Below the pieces are notes generated by a model that was given only the letters and a program-made list of their open reading frames with translations, was not told where the DNA came from and ran no database searches. A stretch of 64,000 nucleotides of DNA from positions 32,001 to 96,000 of the IMG/VR virus record IMGVR_UViG_3300048838_000238, one strand, 5' to 3'. The stretch is from a virus. Numbering within the stretch: position 1 is the stretch's first letter; the number at the start of each line of letters is the position of its first letter. Positions 58,385 to 64,000 of the stretch are shown piece after piece. A program made the translations under genes and the position numbers.

Positions 58385-58958
58385 CAATCATTTCCCATGC
58401 GGTTGAATACTGGACGTTTGCAAACAATGATGCAATGCCGGTAAGTTGCTTGTACCGATGAACGGAATCCAAATCGAGGCCGAGCTTCTCCGCAACCTCT
58501 TCCTCGCTCATGCCTTGCTGAATTAAGGCACGAACGACGTCGGCATCCAAGTCTACCTGATGAAATCCGCGAGCGTTATTAAATTGAACTGTCGCAGCCA
58601 TCCTCTTGGCCATCGTGTGCGGCAAACAAACAACTGGAATGTGCGACATATCCAGCCAGTCAGGTCCAGCAATTAAGTGCCGGTGAAACCCGTCTATAAT
58701 CACGAACTGGTCAGCCTCATCGCTCCAGATCGTGACCACGGGGAAGCAGAATCCGTTTTCAATGATGGACGTCTTTAGCAACTCCATTTTGTCGGGAGGA
58801 ACGGAATTGGGGTTGTACGTGTTCGCGACTACCAGTCGCCTATTGACGAGCATGGTTTCAATGCACGGGATCGGGATGTCGATCGCCAGCGATGACGACT
58901 TAATAGCAACAGACTCACGTCGATACCTTCTATAGTCGTCGGCTGTTTCGATAATCAT
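58368..58958 (-). CDS. ibrB: IbrB-like ParB/Srx domain protein
   Basis: NTYNPNSVPP.KM.LL..SI..NGF..PVV, IIDGFHR and TVQFNNARG.H; C-terminal HTH. Confidence 0.85.
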   Translation of the reverse strand: MIIETADDYRRYRRESVAIKSSSLAIDIPIPCIETMLVNRRLVVANTYNPNSVPPDKMELLKTSIIENGFCFPVVTIWSDEADQFVIIDGFHRHLIAGPDWLDMSHIPVVCLPHTMAKRMAATVQFNNARGFHQVDLDADVVRALIQQGMSEEEVAEKLGLDLDSVHRYKQLTGIASLFANVQYSTAWEMIDADTE

Positions 58959-60079
58959 AGGACGCTCCGGTAGTAGGCGAGCAACTGATCTCTCGGATCT
59001 TCCGCGTTGTCGACTGGGAGGTTGTTCTCGTAATCGTTCAGAAGAAGTTGTCGGCACTGCTGACGCGCCACGTACTCGTTATTGCGATGCTTAGAGAATC
59101 GCGACCTAAAGACATTGACCGCCATTGAGTCTTGGTGAGTTGCCAACAGAAAGTCGCGGTAGACCATCCATGAGGTGTAACCCTTTGGCAGCTTCCGTGC
59201 GGCGAACATCTTGCTGTTCTTCCCGGTCTCTTGAGCGAACGACACGCCATTCACTCTTTTGAGAAGCTTGGCGTATGTCTTCGGTTCAAACTCCGGCAGT
59301 TCGCAGATACTCTTGAACGACCGCTCGTGAATAAGCGAAGAGCAACGAATCTCGGTGATGCTCATGCCCTTTTTGAACTGCATGTCGTATATTTTTGAGT
59401 ACAGAAGTCCTTCGTCGTGGATGAACTTCCACACGTCATGGAAGTTCCAATCGTAGATCGGATAGACGGATGCCGAGTTGCGGTTCTTTTTGGTCGCGTA
59501 GTAGATGCGTTCGCCGTGTCTCTCGACAGGGTTCTTGCTCACTGCCCGGTAACGGTTTGGACCCTCAGTCGCGCGCAGTCCGACCAGAAACGCGGTATCA
59601 GTAAAACAACTCTCAAAGTTGTCGATCACGTCATAGAACCCGAACCCCTTACGTTTATCTCGGACGGTCGGATTGCGACCCCACATCGGCGAGACAATAT
59701 TCCCATTGCCTTTCGGTCGCATCCAAATTTTATGTTTGCCTTCCTCCCAGCACTTGAGCTGTGTTTCGGATTGCGACGTGGCGTTCGTTAAATGAAACTC
59801 GACTTGCAGCCACAGTCGATTCGTCCACTCGGGTGATAAGTTCATCAGCCATTCAACTTGGTCGATCGTCGACTGATAAACCACCTCTTCGTCCAGAAAA
59901 AACAGACCGACTTTCTGTTGTCGACGCTCCGCCTCTTGGACGGCCAGATAGGCAAGAACCGTGCTGTCCTTGCCGCCGCTAATGGAAACAATGACGTTTT
60001 CAAATAGATCAAACGTCTTGGCGATCCTCCGCCGCGCCGCTTCAACCACGGATTCGTCAAGATATTTTTGCGTAAGCAT
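58955..60079 (-). CDS. ibrA: IbrA-like PAPS reductase family protein (DUF3440-type C-terminus)
   Basis: SISGGKDS, FLDEE, VGLRATE..NR, YPIYDW...DVW, EPKTY..L..RV.G and LLNDY. Confidence 0.85.
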   Translation of the reverse strand: MLTQKYLDESVVEAARRRIAKTFDLFENVIVSISGGKDSTVLAYLAVQEAERRQQKVGLFFLDEEVVYQSTIDQVEWLMNLSPEWTNRLWLQVEFHLTNATSQSETQLKCWEEGKHKIWMRPKGNGNIVSPMWGRNPTVRDKRKGFGFYDVIDNFESCFTDTAFLVGLRATEGPNRYRAVSKNPVERHGERIYYATKKNRNSASVYPIYDWNFHDVWKFIHDEGLLYSKIYDMQFKKGMSITEIRCSSLIHERSFKSICELPEFEPKTYAKLLKRVNGVSFAQETGKNSKMFAARKLPKGYTSWMVYRDFLLATHQDSMAVNVFRSRFSKHRNNEYVARQQCRQLLLNDYENNLPVDNAEDPRDQLLAYYRSVL

Positions 60080-60902
60080 CGGCTACCCGCAGACTCCAAT
60101 CGCACGTTCTCTGGATGTACCAATGATCCACCTTCAATTCAGTGGTAAGAAACGGAATCCGTGCCTGTCCCGTCAAACTAAGGAAGTCGATCAGGTCAAT
60201 ATAGTTGTGGCACATCTCAAAGACGGTTCGTTCTCCTGCGATGGAGTCGTCTTTGAATGTGACAAGATATGGTAGCTTCATCCGGTTATTGCGCCCCACG
60301 AGCTGTCGATCCCCGGCCACGGCAGCCTTGTCAGCTCCGCCGATAAGATGCAAGTTACGCGGGATCGTGTGCGGGTCTTTAAGGCCGATGCCGTCAAACA
60401 ATTGCTGCCGCTGCTTCTTATACTCCGCTATCGTCTTACTTGATACGGCAACACGTTCTTCAATGAAGACCGGGTGCCTATCGATGACACGGACATCAAC
60501 GTGCGACTTGAACTCGTCCGACCATCCACATCCCTTGAACCGGCTATTGGTGTCAAAGTCCATCAGAATCATCAGGTCGTTAATTGAGTCGATGATCGGC
60601 AGCCACTGGAATACCAACTGATGACGAGTTTGTGACAGGAAGTGGCGAATGCAATTGTAAGTCAAGTCGCTTCGGTTCTGAGTTCTCAGACACTCGTTGA
60701 CGACGACCAGAGTGTTTGAATCGATCTCTCTAAGCAACCGGTAGAATACCTTGTACTTGATGATCTGATGCCAATCGACAAACTCACAGCCATCCAGTTC
60801 AAACCAAAACTTACTTGGCGACAGCACGACCACTTTGCGGCCTTCTGCGTGTTCTCGCACGATCTCAGCCTTATCGGAATTGTGAACGCCAAGATAGATC
60901 AT
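60057..60902 (-). CDS. Degenerate SF2/SNF2-like ATPase-fold protein
   Basis: LVVVNECLR (DExH-like with Asp to Asn) and LPIIDSINDL (TPxxNxxxDL-like); no Walker A seen. Confidence 0.5.
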   Translation of the reverse strand: MIYLGVHNSDKAEIVREHAEGRKVVVLSPSKFWFELDGCEFVDWHQIIKYKVFYRLLREIDSNTLVVVNECLRTQNRSDLTYNCIRHFLSQTRHQLVFQWLPIIDSINDLMILMDFDTNSRFKGCGWSDEFKSHVDVRVIDRHPVFIEERVAVSSKTIAEYKKQRQQLFDGIGLKDPHTIPRNLHLIGGADKAAVAGDRQLVGRNNRMKLPYLVTFKDDSIAGERTVFEMCHNYIDLIDFLSLTGQARIPFLTTELKVDHWYIQRTCDWSLRVADAYAKIS

Positions 60903-61492
60903 TGAATCGCCTTCAACCGCTTCGCACATTCCAATGATCGCTTCTCATTCAACTCGATAGCTGCAACTCGCATCCCGACGTCCATGAACTTCTTGAGCAT
61001 CTTTCCCTTGCCAGCGCAAACATCAGCCACTGTCCGACAGCCCTGCCGAAGGAACCATCCAGATAATGCCGTCGTTGCGTCGCGGCTATCCTTCAGTTGC
61101 GGTGCGATCGATGGATCGCCTTGCCTTGAAGCAACGATCTGATAGTTGTTTCCGGCGTAGTAGTTGGTTTGCCATCCGACTTGGCTTCCATATCCAACGT
61201 CATACAAAGCGTTCATCCAATGGCGAGACTCAGGAACGCCGGTCTTCAGGTAAACCCATGCTGGATTAGAGCGTTCGACAACGCCAATCAGTTCTTCGCA
61301 GAACCGCGACCAGTCTTGCTCAACTCCAGATTTACGACTCCAGTACGTCAGATTCCCTTGCCTCCAAGGAGGATCGATGGCAAGTAGATCGGCATTCAGA
61401 CTCGTGCCGTAAAAACTGCCGCAGTAGACCTCGGATCGATCACTTCTGCCAGTAAACCGAGTCCCACTTGGTTCTCTCAGCAATGACATCAT
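60899..61492 (-). CDS. Amino (N6-A/N4-C) nucleic-acid methyltransferase-like protein, beta-class motif order
   Basis: IDPPW catalytic motif precedes the VADVCAGKG SAM motif and AIELN. Confidence 0.75.
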   Translation of the reverse strand: MMSLLREPSGTRFTGRSDRSEVYCGSFYGTSLNADLLAIDPPWRQGNLTYWSRKSGVEQDWSRFCEELIGVVERSNPAWVYLKTGVPESRHWMNALYDVGYGSQVGWQTNYYAGNNYQIVASRQGDPSIAPQLKDSRDATTALSGWFLRQGCRTVADVCAGKGKMLKKFMDVGMRVAAIELNEKRSLECAKRLKAIQ

Positions 61493-61865
61493 TTGGGATT
61501 GAGTAGACAAGGTGCGTCGTCCCCATCTTGAACTTTTTGAGGTGAACAAAACCAAGGGATTCAAATAGCGATGGTCGGAATGCAAAAGTATCTAGCTTCT
61601 TGGCGGACGTGTTTTGGCAACCGTACGCAAACCGGTGCTCAACAAGCAGCTTACCGAGCCCCTGGCAGCGAAACTCTGGTGCCACCCAGCATCCGCACAA
61701 GCGTACCGCGATGCTGTTTAGCTTTCGAAGGCAACCGATAGCAGGCTTTCCGTCGACAACAAAGATGATGTCTCGTTGCCGGATCGATACGCGATCGCGT
61801 TTTGCTTTCGCGACCAAGCCGCTTGCGACTGCAAGATCAAATGGTATCTGAAGAACCTTCAACAT
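61440..61865 (-). CDS. GNAT family N-acetyltransferase
   Basis: WVAPEFRCQGLGKLL acetyl-CoA motif and FESLGF. Confidence 0.85.
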   Translation of the reverse strand: MLKVLQIPFDLAVASGLVAKAKRDRVSIRQRDIIFVVDGKPAIGCLRKLNSIAVRLCGCWVAPEFRCQGLGKLLVEHRFAYGCQNTSAKKLDTFAFRPSLFESLGFVHLKKFKMGTTHLVYSIPNDVIAERTKWDSVYWQK

Positions 61866-62533
61866 GGAACTACGATCTCTCGGAAGCGATCCGGGTGCCA
61901 CCTCGGCGGCTGGCAGGCTCCGAACCACCGCTTGAATCCGGTCAAGTCAGGCGGCAATTTGTCACACCACGGCAAGGCACGCATAAGCAGTGTCCCGGCC
62001 TCGCATGGCGCGAACCAACTCCAGTCGTGTTCGACTTCCACGGCAGTCCATTCACTCACCCGACCAAATCCTTGAGAGCGTTTATGGCCGATGGAATGGA
62101 CCGAGTCAAGCAGGGACAACAGCGTCCGTCGCTCCGAGCCCCCGACGAACCACACCACGCGATCACAGTCTCTTAGTCGCAACGGCAAGCGATAGCTCTT
62201 GTACGTGGCATTTCCGACTGCTACACACAGTCTCTTGTCTGGCGACAAGACGTCGGCATATTCGACAGCCAGCCGCTTGGCGAATCTTTCCACCCGATCC
62301 CTGGCGGGCGACAGGATCGGCGCCGAACATCGCGGGATATTATTCACTCCGCCTATCGCGCCTCGCAAGCACGGAATATGAATCTCTCCCGGCGGCGGTG
62401 CCGGTGCGCTCCGAACAATGCGGCTTGCCAAGCCTAGCCGCTGGCTCATCTCGTACTCCAGAAGTGAATCTAGGTACGGGGCGTCGCCAGCCAGCGGGCT
62501 CGACAGGCAGGCCGTGACTTTCCAGTTAGCCAT
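61859..62533 (-). CDS. csf3: Type IV CRISPR-associated Csf3 (Cas5 family RAMP)
   Basis: LDSLL, YKSYRLPL, G-loop IGHKRSQGFGRV.EW, LMRALP and PPRW; coupled to csf2. Confidence 0.85.
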   Translation of the reverse strand: MANWKVTACLSSPLAGDAPYLDSLLEYEMSQRLGLASRIVRSAPAPPPGEIHIPCLRGAIGGVNNIPRCSAPILSPARDRVERFAKRLAVEYADVLSPDKRLCVAVGNATYKSYRLPLRLRDCDRVVWFVGGSERRTLLSLLDSVHSIGHKRSQGFGRVSEWTAVEVEHDWSWFAPCEAGTLLMRALPWCDKLPPDLTGFKRWFGACQPPRWHPDRFREIVVPC

Positions 62534-63419
62534 TAGATGCCGCCTTGCTCGTTTTGCGTCCGCGCGGCGACACCGTGACGAACGCCTCGTTTAGCCATTG
62601 AACGCACTCGTCACGATTGGCGTCGACGTGCGACACGTAATCCAGCAACAGCGAATCGTCACCGTCATCCATGTTCACGAACGACATCCTCAGTCTGCCA
62701 TGCCCTATCCGTGATTGCCCTCCGATCGTTCCCCCTGAATCCTGCCACAACCGCAGAGACAATCGCAGGCAGCCCAACTCCAGTTCATTGACGTGCTTCA
62801 ATACGAAGCCGTGATGAAACACCGCCCCTCGACCAACGGCTTGGCCGGAGTAGATCATCAGACTGGAGGTGTCTCCGTCTTGCGTCTCAGCTTGTCCCAA
62901 CTTCGCAGCGTCACCACGGGTGTACTGATATCCGCTCGCGAACCGCTCGGCTGACCAGAGTCTTGCCGTCGGAAAGTCCGCGATCATACTGGCTAACGAC
63001 TCGCGGTTCTCTTCACACACTAGTACCCCGCGCCACACGTCCATCGATCCGGCAAGTATCTGGTTCGGCAGCGATCCTCCGCACAATCGCAGCAACGGAA
63101 ATAATCGATGGCAATCGGCGATGCGACGGGTATTCTCTTGCGCCGTCGATTGTGTGAGGTTCCCACCGTGCAACAGGAAGTTCAGTTGCGGAAGCGACAG
63201 TTTGCCTCGCAACCCCAGGCGATCAATCAGCCACATCGCGCCGGGCTCACGAACGAACCGGTGACGGATTGCGTTGCCGCTCAGGAACGGGACGTAAGCC
63301 ACGCCACAAGGAGTCGTCACCGGTTCGCGGGCTACAATCGCCTCGTTACCAGCCGTCCCGCTGGCGTGCGTAATGGGCGAGATGGCTTTCGATAGGCAGT
63401 GAATCGTGTACGTTTTCAA
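62526..63419 (-). CDS. csf2: Type IV CRISPR-associated Csf2 (Cas7 backbone)
   Basis: SPITH, VPFLSGNAIRH, LLHGG.L, FPLLRLCGG, YTR.D, MIY..Q and G-loop IGGQSRIGHG. Confidence 0.9.
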   Translation of the reverse strand: MKTYTIHCLSKAISPITHASGTAGNEAIVAREPVTTPCGVAYVPFLSGNAIRHRFVREPGAMWLIDRLGLRGKLSLPQLNFLLHGGNLTQSTAQENTRRIADCHRLFPLLRLCGGSLPNQILAGSMDVWRGVLVCEENRESLASMIADFPTARLWSAERFASGYQYTRGDAAKLGQAETQDGDTSSLMIYSGQAVGRGAVFHHGFVLKHVNELELGCLRLSLRLWQDSGGTIGGQSRIGHGRLRMSFVNMDDGDDSLLLDYVSHVDANRDECVQWLNEAFVTVSPRGRKTSKAASNG

Positions 63420-63871
63420 GCGGCACCTCCGATCTTGTCTTTCCAGCGGCGACGAGCCAACACCAAAACGGGAATGAGATGTGTCGTCAGATACTTCAGC
63501 CAGTCGGCGCGTGACTCTGCCGGTAGGTCGTAAAGCGATTGCAAAGCGTTAACGAAGTCGTCATCCGCGACCGCCTTGGCTGGCTCTGCTTTGATATGCT
63601 CGCAGACGTGCTGTACGAACAGATCCAAATCGCCGTCGATTGTCTTCGCATAGGCCGACTGGATCGCGGTGGCGATGCGGTCCCAGAGCGTGAGACGGTC
63701 CAGGTCAGACCCAAAGATTCTCGGCAGCGACGCGCAGAAATCGACGGCCAATTCCTTGGCGACGCTGACAAACCATTCCGGCTTGTCGGCGTCATAGTCG
63801 ATCAGCCCGGCTAATTCTTGTCGCAGTCTCTCGGTATCAAGAGTCGGCAGTGGCGGTGGCAGGGTAGTCAT
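63416..63871 (-). CDS. cas11: Type IV-B small subunit (Cas11/Csf4-like)
   Basis: 151 aa all-alpha protein (LWDRI...AI) directly upstream of and overlapping csf2. Confidence 0.65.
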   Translation of the reverse strand: MTTLPPPLPTLDTERLRQELAGLIDYDADKPEWFVSVAKELAVDFCASLPRIFGSDLDRLTLWDRIATAIQSAYAKTIDGDLDLFVQHVCEHIKAEPAKAVADDDFVNALQSLYDLPAESRADWLKYLTTHLIPVLVLARRRWKDKIGGAA

Positions 63872-64000
63872 CGTATTTTCTTTCCTGGTTGTATTGGTAA
63901 TGTTGCGGCCAATTCCGGATCAATCCCTTTCCTTATCCGAGACGTCAACGTAGCTTTCCGAACGACACACAAGGGATGGCGAGACAATTCCGTAACGGTA
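63868..64000 (-). CDS. C-terminal end of a probable HNH-endonuclease-type protein (partial)
   Basis: Manual translation TVTELSRHPLCVVRKATLTSRIRKGIDPELAATLP...KIR*; resembles the C-terminal helical module of phage HNH endonucleases; ATGA overlap with cas11. Confidence 0.5.
   Translation of the reverse strand, partial: TVTELSRHPLCVVRKATLTSRIRKGIDPELAATLPIQPGKKIR

Overview
This 64 kb window is part of a temperate, siphovirus-like phage genome, almost entirely coded on the minus strand. The host is probably in Planctomycetota, inferred from an SHD1-domain secreted protein and the integrase type. Reading right to left, it contains: (1) an array-less type IV-B-like Cas module (cas11-csf2/cas7-csf3/cas5) translationally coupled to a GNAT, a DPPW methyltransferase, a degenerate SNF2-like protein, IbrA, IbrB and a CysH-like PAPS-reductase-family gene; (2) ParB, TerS and TerL; (3) an intein-containing portal fused to a pyrophosphatase-like domain; (4) a MuF head protein carrying a kinase-like effector; (5) protease/scaffold, capsid, neck and tail genes, including a -1 frameshift chaperone, tape measure, FG-GAP fibre and three paralogous minor tail proteins; (6) glycosyl- and methyltransferase genes; (7) xis, an attP-like site holding only the 5' half of tRNA-Asn, an integrase, a sigma factor and a RecE-like nuclease. 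A 19-bp palindrome, CTATATC-N5-GATATAG, recurs 13 times in intergenic DNA across the window. All calls come from motif recognition by eye; no database searches were run.
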